A stretch of 64,000 bases of DNA from Salinispira sp. (GCA_965602015.1 OZ271918.1:3584001-3648000); one strand, 5' to 3'; positions 1 through 9,851 are shown, numbered from the stretch's first letter. The notes: generated from the letters alone by a model not told the origin. Numbers and translations are program-made.

Positions 1-193
1 GGTAGTTAAGGTATATGGCCGCCACAGCGTTGCGGGCGCCGGTATCCGCTTCGAAATTCTGCATTATGTAGCCCGGCACATCGAAGTTCCCGACGGATTC
101 GGGAATGGCCGCATCGGGGTACTCATTTGAAAGGTACAGCACTCCGGCCAGTACCGCCACGACGAAAATGGAAACGAGTATGCTTCGAATCAT
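1..193 (-). CDS. mnhB: Na+/H+ antiporter MnhB-type subunit (partial, runs off window)
   Basis: Own translation from ATG at 193: MIRSILVSIFVVAVLAGVLYL...FEADTGARNAVAAIYLNY; TGA.NAVAAI.LNY is typical of MnhB; overlaps stop of the upstream gene. Confidence 0.75.
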   Translation of the reverse strand, partial: MIRSILVSIFVVAVLAGVLYLSNEYPDAAIPESVGNFDVPGYIMQNFEADTGARNAVAAIYLNY

Positions 194-756
194 GACTCCG
201 CTCCTATTCGGACGAATTCGACGGTAATATCCGAGCTATGGAGTATGAGCAGAAGTTCAAGCTCGTCGACCAGGAAATTGTCCTCGAGTCCGTAAACCGT
301 GAAGTTCTGCCCTTCGGTTTCCACCACAAGGTCAAAGCGGCCTTCGGCGATAATGGTCTCCCGGGTCTCCCTGGAGTACACGATTTCCGGATCCAGTTCC
401 CGGGAAAGGCAGAAGGATTCTATTTCCGTCAGTAGTTTCCCCTGACCTGAGTTCGCCAGCTCGGCAATCTTTGAGTCCTGGAGCCTCTCATCCTGATCGA
501 CAGCCACGATTATGCTGTATGTCCGGTAGCGCTTGATGGCCGTCAGATACAACAGCATTACCAGACCGCTGCCGATAACCGCTTCGGCAATGGCCACATC
601 CGGCGCTCCGTAATACAAATAGAGGAAGGAGCAAATAAAGGAAAAAATACCGAGGAAAATAACCGCGTGCCTCAAAATACGGGTCCACACAGCGACGATG
701 GCAATCATTACGGCCATCAACAAGAGAATGGAGTCCAAGCCGATTCCGAGTGTCAT
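190..756 (-). CDS. DUF4040 / MnhB-related antiporter subunit with soluble C-terminal extension
   Basis: APDVAIAEAVIGSG motif, three N-terminal TM helices, position in mnh operon. Confidence 0.8.
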   Translation of the reverse strand: MTLGIGLDSILLLMAVMIAIVAVWTRILRHAVIFLGIFSFICSFLYLYYGAPDVAIAEAVIGSGLVMLLYLTAIKRYRTYSIIVAVDQDERLQDSKIAELANSGQGKLLTEIESFCLSRELDPEIVYSRETRETIIAEGRFDLVVETEGQNFTVYGLEDNFLVDELELLLILHSSDITVEFVRIGAES

Positions 757-1064
757 TCCGTTGCGCTCCCCTGTCCCCGTTCGACCCGGTAGCCGGCGGT
801 ATAGGCCGATCTGGCGATGGCATGGGTTGAAACCGGTGAGGTCAGCATCTCAAAAACAACGATAATCAACAGCTTCGCCGAGGTGAAGGTGAACCCTTCG
901 ATTAACACCAGACCCAGCATTATGGTAATGAACCCTACCGTGTCGACCTTGGCGGTTATGACTACCCGGGAATAAAACTCTTTGTAGACCAGAACGCTGT
1001 ACACGCCGGTGGCGACGAATAACAACCCTAAAATCACGAGTCCCTGTCCGATCAGCGCTATCAT
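753..1064 (-). CDS. mnhG: Na+/H+ antiporter subunit G
   Basis: FYSR...AKVDTVG...LTSPVSTHAIARSAY motifs. Confidence 0.9.
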   Translation of the reverse strand: MIALIGQGLVILGLLFVATGVYSVLVYKEFYSRVVITAKVDTVGFITIMLGLVLIEGFTFTSAKLLIIVVFEMLTSPVSTHAIARSAYTAGYRVERGQGSATE

Positions 1065-1321
1065 GCATCCCCCTTCCGCTCGATGAACCGGGCAATCAGC
1101 ACGCTTGAGAGGAAGCCGAGGAGACTGTAGATGATGGCCACGTCCATGATAAACGAGCGGTCCAGCATAATCGCCACAATGGCGATGGCGACGATGATTT
1201 TGCTGCTAATCAGTGTCATACCCAAAAGGCGGTCCCAGACGGTGGGTCCAAGCAGAATGCGCGCCACGGCGCCGAAGGACAGTCCGGCTAAAATGAACAG
1301 GCTGATTTCCAGAAAGCTCAT
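1061..1321 (-). CDS. mnhF: Na+/H+ antiporter subunit F
   Basis: RILLGPTVWDRLLG motif; start reassigned to ATG 1321 overlapping the mnhE stop. Confidence 0.9.
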   Translation of the reverse strand: MSFLEISLFILAGLSFGAVARILLGPTVWDRLLGMTLISSKIIVAIAIVAIMLDRSFIMDVAIIYSLLGFLSSVLIARFIERKGDA

Positions 1322-1812
1322 CGTTGTGCCTTCCTGATCAGCTTCTCGAAGGGACCCTTTATGTCCGACGCGATTTCTTCCGCAGTGCCCGGTTGGGGAT
1401 CGAGCCATATGATCTTTAAATTCTGATCTTTCTGTTCCAGGGTTACGGTGCCGGGTGTGAGGGTTATGGAATTGGCCAGGAGGGAGACTGCAAACGGATC
1501 TTTGAGATCGGTGGTTATATCCACAATGCCCACATTGATCCGGCCGGTGAGCATGCGGACCACCGCTCTGAACCCCGCGACGTAAATCGCAATGAGAAGC
1601 CTAAACGCGTAGATCATCATGGGAAGAAAATGAAAATGATATAGCGAGGAATAGCTCTTTTTCAGAATCAGTTTATCCGTAGCCAGGAGGGCCATTATGG
1701 AGGCGATTGCTCCGGTTACTACAGTCTGTACATCGATTTTTTCGCTGTACACAATCCACACGCCGGTCATTATGATCGTCAGTTTCGCATAACTGAGAAG
1801 CTTTTGATTCAT
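1318..1812 (-). CDS. mnhE: Na+/H+ antiporter subunit E
   Basis: LLANSITLTPGT signature. Confidence 0.92.
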   Translation of the reverse strand: MNQKLLSYAKLTIIMTGVWIVYSEKIDVQTVVTGAIASIMALLATDKLILKKSYSSLYHFHFLPMMIYAFRLLIAIYVAGFRAVVRMLTGRINVGIVDITTDLKDPFAVSLLANSITLTPGTVTLEQKDQNLKIIWLDPQPGTAEEIASDIKGPFEKLIRKAQR

Positions 1813-1925
1813 AATACCAGTATAACCAAAGAACCGGGCTCTATATGAAAAAATAATCGGATAATGGAGAATTTTTACCCGGAATGCTTTCAGAAGATTT
1901 CGCCCCGGGCCGGCGCCGGATTTCG

Positions 1926-1954
1926 TTGACGGGATTAATCGCCTGCACTATAGT
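1926..1954 (+). promoter_or_regulatory. Sigma70 promoter giving a leaderless transcript for the PTS-IIA gene
   Basis: TTGACG-17bp-TATAGT, then 6 nt and the ATG at 1961; no SD. Confidence 0.7.
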
Positions 1955-1960
1955 TTTTCT

Positions 1961-2404
1961 ATGCTAAAAGATGTTTTGACCCCCGACCTGGTAACCGTCG
2001 ACCTTCAGGGTACTTCCAAGCGCGCGGTTATCGAATCACTGATATCAATACTTGAGAAAAACGGCGCAATAGACGACCCCAAACAGGCTCTTGAAGATGT
2101 GCTTGACCATGAAGGTCTGACCAGCACGGGAATGGAAAACGGCATTGCCATTCCCCATGCAAAGACCAGTGCTGTAAAAGGCTTGGTTGCCTGCGTTGGG
2201 GTAACCAAAACCCCGGTGGAATTTGAGTGCCTGGACCGAAAACCCGCAAGGATTTTTGTCATGACCCTGAGCCCGAAAGAAGGCACCGGACCCCATGTTC
2301 GGTTTTTGGCGGAGATTGCCAGGCTGTTGAAGGAAAAGTCCGTCAGGAAGAAAGTTTTGGCCGCCGACACTGACCAGAAGCTCTACGAAGTTTTTGTCGG
2401 ATAG
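1961..2404 (+). CDS. PTS EIIA domain protein (Fru/Ntr type)
   Basis: STGMENGIAIPHAK phospho-His motif; H..FLAEIARLL C-terminal motif. Confidence 0.9.
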   Translation: MLKDVLTPDLVTVDLQGTSKRAVIESLISILEKNGAIDDPKQALEDVLDHEGLTSTGMENGIAIPHAKTSAVKGLVACVGVTKTPVEFECLDRKPARIFVMTLSPKEGTGPHVRFLAEIARLLKEKSVRKKVLAADTDQKLYEVFVG

Positions 2405-2416
2405 GTACGGGCAATA

Positions 2417-4057
2417 ATGGTTTTTCCCCTTTGGCTTCCGGTAATCGGACCGATTGCCGTAGCTTCGCTGGGGTACTTCCTCAATCGAAAGGTATTCTTT
2501 TCACTTCAGCTGCTCTATCAGCTTTTCCACGTTTTTGTTGTGACATCGCTTCTGGTTGCCGTTAGTCGTTCGGGACCTGTAGAGTCAGTGTTGGGCTCAC
2601 TGCCCCAAGGGGTCGGGGTGCTTCTGCGAGCTGATGAGATCGGCGCTCCCATGGTTGCCCTTGTCGGGTGGTTTTTCCTGCTGATTCTGAGCTTTAACAC
2701 CCAAAAACGCTACATGAGCAGACTTTTTCTCTTTCTTCTGGGGACCTTGCAGGGGCTGTTGACGGCTATTGTCCTGGCCGGCGACCTCTTTAATATGTAC
2801 GTGCTGCTTGAACTCTCCACCCTGGTAATCGCCATACTCATTATGTTCAAACGGGACAAGCAGGCCCTGTACAACGGCATGATTTACATGACGCTCAACC
2901 TCGCGGGAATGAGCTTCATGCTGTTGGGCATCGGCTTTGTGTACCGCACATTCGGTACCCTGGATATCGAGCAAATCACCATGTTGGCCGCAGGGGCCGG
3001 CAATCCGAGGGCGCTGATACTACCCTTTGCCCTTGTCATTACGGGCCTCGGAGTAAAGTCAGCGCTATTCCTGGTTTTCGGCTGGCTTCCCCCGGCACAC
3101 GGCGCACCAAGCGCGCCATCGGTGGTATCGGCGGTGCTCTCGGGGCTGCAGATTAAGGCGGGGATTTTCCTTCTCATACGGGTTCAACAGGCGTTTATGG
3201 TTCCCCTGCCCACGGAAAACCTTTTCCTGATTCTGGGAGTGCTGACGAGCGTCACCGGATTTGTCCTGGCCATTGCCCAATCCGACGCGAAGCTGATTCT
3301 CGCCTATCATACGGTTTCCCAACTCGGATTAATAATAATCGGACTCAATACCGGCAGCGAGACCGCGTGGTGGGGTTCCGTGTATCATATTTTTAACCAT
3401 GCCTTTTTTAAGGGCCTGCTATTCCTCACCGCGGGGATCGCCATCAATGTGTACGGCACCCGGGATGTGTACAAAATCCGGGGTATCCTCCAGCGAATGC
3501 CGATTGTGGGAATTGCGATGTTTGCGGGAATTCTCGGCATTACCGGTACCCCTTATTTCAACGGCAGCGTGAGCAAGTATCTCATCCAGTCGGGTTGGGA
3601 TTTTACTCCCGGTGAGTGGGCCCTACACCTGATAAACCTGGGGACGGCGGTTTCATTTGTGAAATTCTCCCTGATGCTTTTTGGAAAATCCACGGCACCT
3701 CCGGTTTCCGAAAGCTCGGAAAAACCCGGGAGTCATTCACGGCAGCCTGATCCGTTCACTGCAGGCGTCGCCCTGCTGATGGGGGCGGCGTGTTTTGCCG
3801 GGGGTATCGGTGCGGGAAGCGTCATTCCCCTGATATTCCCGGTTTCGCCGTCGGTATCCGGAGCCTATTCAGCGGAGAAATTCACCAGTTTCGCCATAAC
3901 CCTCGCGGTGGCTGTGGCGCTGTATTTTTTCGTAATCAAACGAGTTTCGCTTTTCCATAAAATCCGAAGTTTCAAAATTCGTCTGGTAGACCTGTCCGTA
4001 GGGGTGTTCGCCCTCTTCGTCACCGTTGCGGGCTACCTGATGCTCACAGTATCCTGA
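2417..4057 (+). CDS. mnhD: Na+/H+ antiporter subunit D (complex I subunit 5 family)
   Basis: GDLFNMYVLLEL, GVKSALF..FGWLPPAH, KLILAYHTVSQLG, HAFFKGLLFL motifs; many TM helices. Confidence 0.88.
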   Translation: MVFPLWLPVIGPIAVASLGYFLNRKVFFSLQLLYQLFHVFVVTSLLVAVSRSGPVESVLGSLPQGVGVLLRADEIGAPMVALVGWFFLLILSFNTQKRYMSRLFLFLLGTLQGLLTAIVLAGDLFNMYVLLELSTLVIAILIMFKRDKQALYNGMIYMTLNLAGMSFMLLGIGFVYRTFGTLDIEQITMLAAGAGNPRALILPFALVITGLGVKSALFLVFGWLPPAHGAPSAPSVVSAVLSGLQIKAGIFLLIRVQQAFMVPLPTENLFLILGVLTSVTGFVLAIAQSDAKLILAYHTVSQLGLIIIGLNTGSETAWWGSVYHIFNHAFFKGLLFLTAGIAINVYGTRDVYKIRGILQRMPIVGIAMFAGILGITGTPYFNGSVSKYLIQSGWDFTPGEWALHLINLGTAVSFVKFSLMLFGKSTAPPVSESSEKPGSHSRQPDPFTAGVALLMGAACFAGGIGAGSVIPLIFPVSPSVSGAYSAEKFTSFAITLAVAVALYFFVIKRVSLFHKIRSFKIRLVDLSVGVFALFVTVAGYLMLTVS

Positions 4058-4184
4058 ATACGCGCATAATCTGCCTTCTGCGCAGGTATCGGGGACAACG
4101 AGCAGAACTCACTACATGGGAGCTGCTGTTCAAAACTGACTTCTTCACTTGCCAGGAGCCGATACCCGGTAGTATCATGATTAA

Positions 4185-5108
4185 ATGAGTGAACAATCTG
4201 TTGGAGTAATAGGCGTAGGCCGTCTTGGTTCGGATGTTGCATTCGCGCTTGCCGAACAGGATCTTGGAGACCTGGTTCTGTTCGATAAAGACCATACCCG
4301 GGCGCAGTATCTGGCAACCGACCTCTCGGATACCAGCTTTGGCCGGGCGTACAACCGGAAAATACATTCGGTGGATAATATGAGGGATCTGGCAGATTGC
4401 GATGTAATTCTCGTCGCTGCCGGCGCTCCTATCGACGCATCCGAAGCGGTAGAAAAGGTTTTTGCGGCGAACAAATCCATTGCCGAGGAAGTTGCCCAGG
4501 CATTTGCAGGAAGTTCCAGCGTATTCGTCGTCGCGAGTGAGCCCGCGGACCTTATGACCGCGTATTTACAGCAGAAAATGGACATTCCAACCTCCCGCGT
4601 GCTTGGAATCGGCGGAATCGTCGACGCCTTTGTTGCGCGGAACGCCATCGGCGATGTCCTGGATGTCAGTCCCGAATATGTCCGCACTCACGTCGTCGGC
4701 CCTCATGGCAGCGGCGCTCAACTTGTGTGGAACTATACGAGTCTTAACGGAATATCCGTCGATCAAATCGCCGATGATTCCCAAATCAAGGCTATAGAAC
4801 AACACGCGAAAAAAGAACTGGAAGAGCGGAAGAGCAGACTCGACCACAGCAACGCCCGTTTTGCTCCGGCCATGGCCTGCGTCGAGTTGATACGCTGCAT
4901 TGTGAGAAATGACCGTCGGGTACTGTCGGTTACCGTCGTCGTCGACGAAGCCTATGGAGCCAAGGGTGTGGCAATGAGCATGCCCTGCGTAATCGGCCGT
5001 TTCGGCGCAGATCGTCGCTACACTCCTGAAATCGGATCCGCAGCAGCGGAAAAAATCAAAGAAGCGACCAGTTCGTTCAAGTCGGTCCTCGCCGGAGGTG
5101 CAGCATGA
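4185..5108 (+). CDS. Lactate/malate dehydrogenase-like protein (divergent active site)
   Basis: GVGRLG Rossmann motif, DCDVILVAAG, RVLGIGG, VVGPHG, DRRVLSV...SMPCVIG. Confidence 0.8.
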   Translation: MSEQSVGVIGVGRLGSDVAFALAEQDLGDLVLFDKDHTRAQYLATDLSDTSFGRAYNRKIHSVDNMRDLADCDVILVAAGAPIDASEAVEKVFAANKSIAEEVAQAFAGSSSVFVVASEPADLMTAYLQQKMDIPTSRVLGIGGIVDAFVARNAIGDVLDVSPEYVRTHVVGPHGSGAQLVWNYTSLNGISVDQIADDSQIKAIEQHAKKELEERKSRLDHSNARFAPAMACVELIRCIVRNDRRVLSVTVVVDEAYGAKGVAMSMPCVIGRFGADRRYTPEIGSAAAEKIKEATSSFKSVLAGGAA

Positions 5109-5992
5109 GAAAGGTAACGATATTCGGCGCAGGAAAAATGGGATCCAGAATCGCCTTCTTTTTATCAAGGAGCCGAGACATCGCACGAATCCGGGTCGTG
5201 GACGTCGACCGTGACCGAGCACGGGCCACCACCATGGACTTTCTCGAGTCCAGCATAGCATTAAAATCAAAAATCGAAGTTGTTGACTATGAGGAGCCGA
5301 AAGAAATAGAACTCAGCGACGTGGTTATCATCGCTGCAGGCGTAAAACAGCACACAGACGACAGGATTGAATATCCCACCGACGCTGATATCGCCCGGAT
5401 GGAAGAGATTGGCGGTCACATCGGGCACTTCGCCTCTCAGACCACCGTTGCTGTTTTTTCCCAGCCGGCTGAAATATTCTGTCCCATCATCGCACGGGCG
5501 GGGGATCTTAAGAAGGAGCAGGTTTTTGGCTTCCCGTTGCTCATCTACCGTGAGTGGTACCGGGCCGGAATTGCCAAACTCGTGGGCCTGAGCAATCACG
5601 ATGTGCGGATAACAACTGTGCGGACCTTGTCCGGTGAAGAACTGGTGCCTGAGCAATGTACTGTCGGAGGCATTCCCCTGCTTGATCTTGTTGACGAATC
5701 CCAACTTCCCGCGCCCCCTTCCAGGAAGATAATGGAGGAGCGTTTGGCGCAGATCCACTACGGTCCCGCCGCCGTGGTATCCCAGGTTGCCAGCGAGATT
5801 GTCGGCAAGAGGCGTCAGGTTGCTACGACAATTTGTCCCGATCCGGAAACCGGACTCTACACCGAGGCGAAGTCGATTATCGGACCGGGAGGTTTTGAAA
5901 AACGAATACCGATGAAGCTGTCCAAGGAGCAAAACGCCCGTCACCAGGAATATGTTGATGCGGTGAAAGCCCTTACGCAGAAGATGGGATGA
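5105..5992 (+). CDS. Second, more degenerate lactate/malate dehydrogenase-like protein
   Basis: KVTIFGAGKMG, SDVVIIAAG, TVGGIPL; ATGA overlap with previous gene. Confidence 0.7.
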   Translation: MRKVTIFGAGKMGSRIAFFLSRSRDIARIRVVDVDRDRARATTMDFLESSIALKSKIEVVDYEEPKEIELSDVVIIAAGVKQHTDDRIEYPTDADIARMEEIGGHIGHFASQTTVAVFSQPAEIFCPIIARAGDLKKEQVFGFPLLIYREWYRAGIAKLVGLSNHDVRITTVRTLSGEELVPEQCTVGGIPLLDLVDESQLPAPPSRKIMEERLAQIHYGPAAVVSQVASEIVGKRRQVATTICPDPETGLYTEAKSIIGPGGFEKRIPMKLSKEQNARHQEYVDAVKALTQKMG

Positions 5993-6003
5993 GTAAAACG
6001 GTC

Positions 6004-6039
6004 AAAAAAAGCGGCGGAAGTAACTCCGTCGCTTTTTTT
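6004..6039. terminator. Bidirectional intrinsic terminator
   Basis: A7-GCGGCGGA...TCCGTCGC-T7 between convergent genes. Confidence 0.85.
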
Positions 6040-6067
6040 ATGCCTTGTGAGTCTGTTTACCCCCGGT

Positions 6068-6286
6068 TCACATAAACAGCCCGACCACGCTCACCATGGC
6101 GACCATGTAGACAAATGCACCGATTACCGCAGTTTTTTTGGCGCTTTGTATCAACTGAGCCTTTGCCTTGCCGTCGGCGTCCTCCCGGGATCGCAATCCG
6201 GACAGGCCAATGGCGTAACGGATCAGCCCAACAATCAGCATCACCAGCAAGACGGAAATTATTCGTACAATTGAATTATCAAACAT
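6068..6286 (-). CDS. Small two-TM membrane protein
   Basis: AGAGGT RBS, two hydrophobic segments, downstream of rnfD. Confidence 0.65.
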   Translation of the reverse strand: MFDNSIVRIISVLLVMLIVGLIRYAIGLSGLRSREDADGKAKAQLIQSAKKTAVIGAFVYMVAMVSVVGLFM

Positions 6287-6322
6287 ATGGAAACACCTCT
6301 CTTTGAATCTGCCATTCCCAGC

Positions 6323-7222
6323 CTATGCTGGGGCAGGGCTGAGTTTTTTCTTCGGTTTGGGCTTGAAGCGCTTGGTGTTGAAGAAGGGAACGAAGAGATT
6401 CATCGTCAGCACAGCGAAGGTCGTCCCCTCGGTGAACACGTAGGCACCCGGCGTCTGCCACCCCCACCAGCGCATGCTGATGATGATTGCGCCGACTCCC
6501 GCCCCGAAAAGAAGCTGACCCTTGGGAAACTTCGGCGAAGACATCGGGTCGGTCGCCATAAAGCATCCGCCGAGCATCAGGCTTCCGGCGAAGAAATGGT
6601 ATAGCGGATTCTGCCCGGCTACGAGAGACGCGACGAGCACCACGGAGAATGCCGCCAGTGGGATGCGCCATCTGACAAAGCGCCGGTATACCAGGTAAGA
6701 AAACCCAATGAGCAGAGCTATAGTGGATATTTCCCCGATGGCCCCGGGGTTCCGTCCGAGAAACATGTCGAGAAGCGGCACTCCGCCGGTTTGGCCGGTC
6801 TCCCTCAGTACCTCCAGGGGCGTAGCTGACGAAACCGCATTGAATGGCGGGCGCCAGGGCAAAATTGAATCGGGGAACGCAAAAAGATAAAAAATCCGGC
6901 CGAACATAGCGGGATTAAACAGGTTCTTTCCGAAGCCTCCCAATAGCTGTTTGCCAAAAATAATACCGAAGGCAACGGAGGTCATCAGGGCATAGACAGG
7001 AGTCGAGGTCGATACCGCCATGGACAGCAATAACCCGGTAACCGCCGCACTGCCGTCCTTAATGGTTATTTTCTGCTTGGTGAGCTTCTGATACAAGGCT
7101 TCGGCAATCAGCGCTGTGCTGACGCCGGCCACAATGCGAATCAACGCATCAGTGCCAAACGCAAAGACTGAAAAAACCGCGGCCGGAGCAAGGGCCGTGA
7201 GCATCCCGTACATTATTTTCAT
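6323..7222 (-). CDS. rnfD: RnfD/NqrB family electron transport membrane subunit
   Basis: DGSAAVTGLLL, KQLLGGFGKNLFNPA, SSATPL FMN-attachment motif, FMATDPMSSP; start set at ATG 7222 after TATAAT. Confidence 0.9.
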   Translation of the reverse strand: MKIMYGMLTALAPAAVFSVFAFGTDALIRIVAGVSTALIAEALYQKLTKQKITIKDGSAAVTGLLLSMAVSTSTPVYALMTSVAFGIIFGKQLLGGFGKNLFNPAMFGRIFYLFAFPDSILPWRPPFNAVSSATPLEVLRETGQTGGVPLLDMFLGRNPGAIGEISTIALLIGFSYLVYRRFVRWRIPLAAFSVVLVASLVAGQNPLYHFFAGSLMLGGCFMATDPMSSPKFPKGQLLFGAGVGAIIISMRWWGWQTPGAYVFTEGTTFAVLTMNLFVPFFNTKRFKPKPKKKLSPAPA

Positions 7223-7346
7223 GGATATATTATACGCGGTTTGCTTACTTTTGAAAAATAAAATAATAAGAGTTCGTTTAATGTGAAAAAGTCGCAAAAA
7301 CACCGGGCATGTGCCCGATGTTTTTGCTTATTTGGGTCAATGGCGC

Positions 7347-9494
7347 CTAATCAAAGTCAAAGCTGGCCAATACCGGATCGTGATCCGAGAACCGCGTTGC
7401 ATATTCAAATTCCGAGTAGCGATGGACTATGTCTATCTGGGGATTTTTCGCGCTCAATCCGTCCGAAATGAGAATGTGGTCCAGGACTTGAGCATTCCCG
7501 TCAAAGTGATAGCTGTAGCGTTCAGATACGGGGAGTTTTTCGATGAGATTTACCAGCACATCGCCTTTTAACACTGCTAAGGGTTCTTCGAAATCGAACT
7601 CATTCAAGTCACCCAGGACAATTACATTCGCCCCGCTGTCTACCGACAGAATATCATCGACGAAGCTATTGATCACTTCAGCCACTGCGATTCTTTGCTC
7701 CTCCTTCCCGTTATAAATCGGCTGGCTCATACCAAACAAATCATCGCTGCCGCTTTTCGACGGGAAGTGATTGTTGATGACGTACACCCTCTCGCCGCTA
7801 AAGGAAAACTGGGCGACCAGAGATCTCCTTGAAGGGGGAATAGAATCCCCTTCCCGGGAGCCCCCGAGATAACTCAGTCCCTCCCCGGTAAAAGCCGGGT
7901 TTCCCGGATCGATTCTGCCGGGATTCAACGTGAGGTTGCCGTCTGCTGTGACTGAGGTGGCATCGGACGGACCAGCTTCACCCGAATCGATGAATTCAAC
8001 CCGATCGCTCCTAAATAAAAATCCGACCCGAATGTTCGCCTCGGGCCAGCCGCCTTCGTTGCCTTCATCGGCAGGACCGTTAGGATCTATCTGCCGGAAA
8101 TCATAGTTCAGGTTTGGATCGATGGATGTTATCGCATCGATCAGCAGGGCATAGTTTTGATCCGCACCGATGACGCCCTCTCCGACGCCGTCGGGATCGT
8201 CGGTTGCACCGTTGTCATCGCCCATTTCCTGGAGGCCGATGATATCAGGGGCATTCAGGGCATGTACGATGGTTTCTGCGAGATCCATGGTTTTGGCCTC
8301 GAAATCTTCGAACCCGTCGTCCTGAGCAGGGTAATTCAAAATGTTAAACGAGGCGACGGTGAGGGTGTTTTCGTCACCCATCAACTCAGATTCCTCCCGG
8401 GCAAGATCGACGGATGTCAACTCAGGCATACTGGTCGCCGCAATCACATAGTTGCCGAAGGTGTAGTGCAAGGGTCCAACCACCGGACCATTGAGGATAT
8501 CACCGGTTTTTGCGATTCGGATCGGTTCAAGTCCGGCTCCATCGGTATCGATATACATCCGTTCCGGATTGAAATCGCCGGGGCTTAACAGAAGGCTTCC
8601 CCGATCATTTAATCCACTGGCGTGTTTCCCCCGGTCTGCGACCACGGCAAGCTCGAAGCGGGTAAAGCCAGAAATAATCATTGGGTTATTTATGTGGACC
8701 AGCATGCCTTCCAGGCTTTCGTAGAAGTCCAGACCCTCATTCTCAACATCGAAGCTGCCGTCGATGGGGCCGTCTGATATCACTTCATGAGGGATCCGTC
8801 GGCCGCCATCACCCAGCAGAGTAGGCTTGATCTGCAGATCTCCGGAATAAATCGGTTCGATGGCGTCAAAATAGGCGAGCTGGGAGTTGCCAAAGCGCTC
8901 TTCAGCATTTGCGCTGGGAAGTACGACCCAGTCACCCACCGAGGGAGCGGTGTTATCGTTTCCGATAAATACATAGATGCCTTCCGAGCTATTTATGTCT
9001 CCGTCCTGTTCGGGGCTCTGCATCCAGAATGCATTCCCTCGGCCGGCGACAGCGGTCACAACTCCGATTACATTTGCAAAGCGCTCGCCGGTAACCGAGT
9101 ATCTATCTCCCTGGATTTCATGGATGAAGGTGAACTCCGGATAGGCTGACGTTTCTATAGCCAGGAAGTCAACCTCAGCGCCCTCGCTGTTTAAAACAAC
9201 ATCCCTGAAGCCCGTGACGGGGAAGACATGGTAATCTTCTGCCGATGTGGAAAAGAAATAGGTTCCGGCTGCCAGGGGGCCGACTTTTGCCGATCCGCTT
9301 TGATCCGTCGTATAGGTCCGGTCTCCGACGGTTATTCTGACCTCCGGAATCGGTTCTCCAGCCAGGTCGAGCACTCTGACCATCGCGGTGGAATCCGCGA
9401 CCGGGATTTCCGATTGGGGGGTTGCGCATGCAGTGGCAAAAAGCGCGGTGAGAAACAGCACCAACGCCGCGCAGGACAATGCGAAGTTCTTCAT
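7347..9494 (-). CDS. Extracellular endonuclease/exonuclease/phosphatase family lipoprotein (OB fold plus EEP domain)
   Basis: Lipoprotein signal; IHEIQG, SSEGIYVF, ESLEGMLV, VASFNILN, DIIGLQE, NNHFPSK, GDLN, LDHIL, SDHDPV. Confidence 0.9.
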   Translation of the reverse strand: MKNFALSCAALVLFLTALFATACATPQSEIPVADSTAMVRVLDLAGEPIPEVRITVGDRTYTTDQSGSAKVGPLAAGTYFFSTSAEDYHVFPVTGFRDVVLNSEGAEVDFLAIETSAYPEFTFIHEIQGDRYSVTGERFANVIGVVTAVAGRGNAFWMQSPEQDGDINSSEGIYVFIGNDNTAPSVGDWVVLPSANAEERFGNSQLAYFDAIEPIYSGDLQIKPTLLGDGGRRIPHEVISDGPIDGSFDVENEGLDFYESLEGMLVHINNPMIISGFTRFELAVVADRGKHASGLNDRGSLLLSPGDFNPERMYIDTDGAGLEPIRIAKTGDILNGPVVGPLHYTFGNYVIAATSMPELTSVDLAREESELMGDENTLTVASFNILNYPAQDDGFEDFEAKTMDLAETIVHALNAPDIIGLQEMGDDNGATDDPDGVGEGVIGADQNYALLIDAITSIDPNLNYDFRQIDPNGPADEGNEGGWPEANIRVGFLFRSDRVEFIDSGEAGPSDATSVTADGNLTLNPGRIDPGNPAFTGEGLSYLGGSREGDSIPPSRRSLVAQFSFSGERVYVINNHFPSKSGSDDLFGMSQPIYNGKEEQRIAVAEVINSFVDDILSVDSGANVIVLGDLNEFDFEEPLAVLKGDVLVNLIEKLPVSERYSYHFDGNAQVLDHILISDGLSAKNPQIDIVHRYSEFEYATRFSDHDPVLASFDFD

Positions 9495-9557
9495 TTCTTC
9501 CTCCTTTTTGGCCAGCCTATCGGCCTTATTCCGTTATACCGCCGATTCGGCGGCGTG

Positions 9558-9851
9558 TTAACGGGAAAAGCTGACAGAATTAATGGTCACCGGCGTGCCC
9601 CACTGCTGGATGGTTGCGATATCTTCTTCAACGGAGTAGGTAAAATAGATGAGCATTCCGTTTACTTGATGTTCCTCGCTGAGATTAAGAGGCAACAAGC
9701 TTTCCCCGTCGTCAGTAATGATTCCGTAAAAACCGCCTTCCATCTCGAGGTAAACTACGGTGCCTCGAATAAATCTTCCTGAAAATGAAACACAGGACAT
9801 TATCGATGTAAGCGTCAGCAAAACTGCGAGTAAAACAATGTACTTTTTCAT
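9558..9851 (-). CDS. Small lipoprotein
   Basis: MKK-hydrophobic-IMSC lipobox; G.V.YLEMEGGFYGI..DDG..LLPLNL. Confidence 0.75.
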   Translation of the reverse strand: MKKYIVLLAVLLTLTSIMSCVSFSGRFIRGTVVYLEMEGGFYGIITDDGESLLPLNLSEEHQVNGMLIYFTYSVEEDIATIQQWGTPVTINSVSFSR

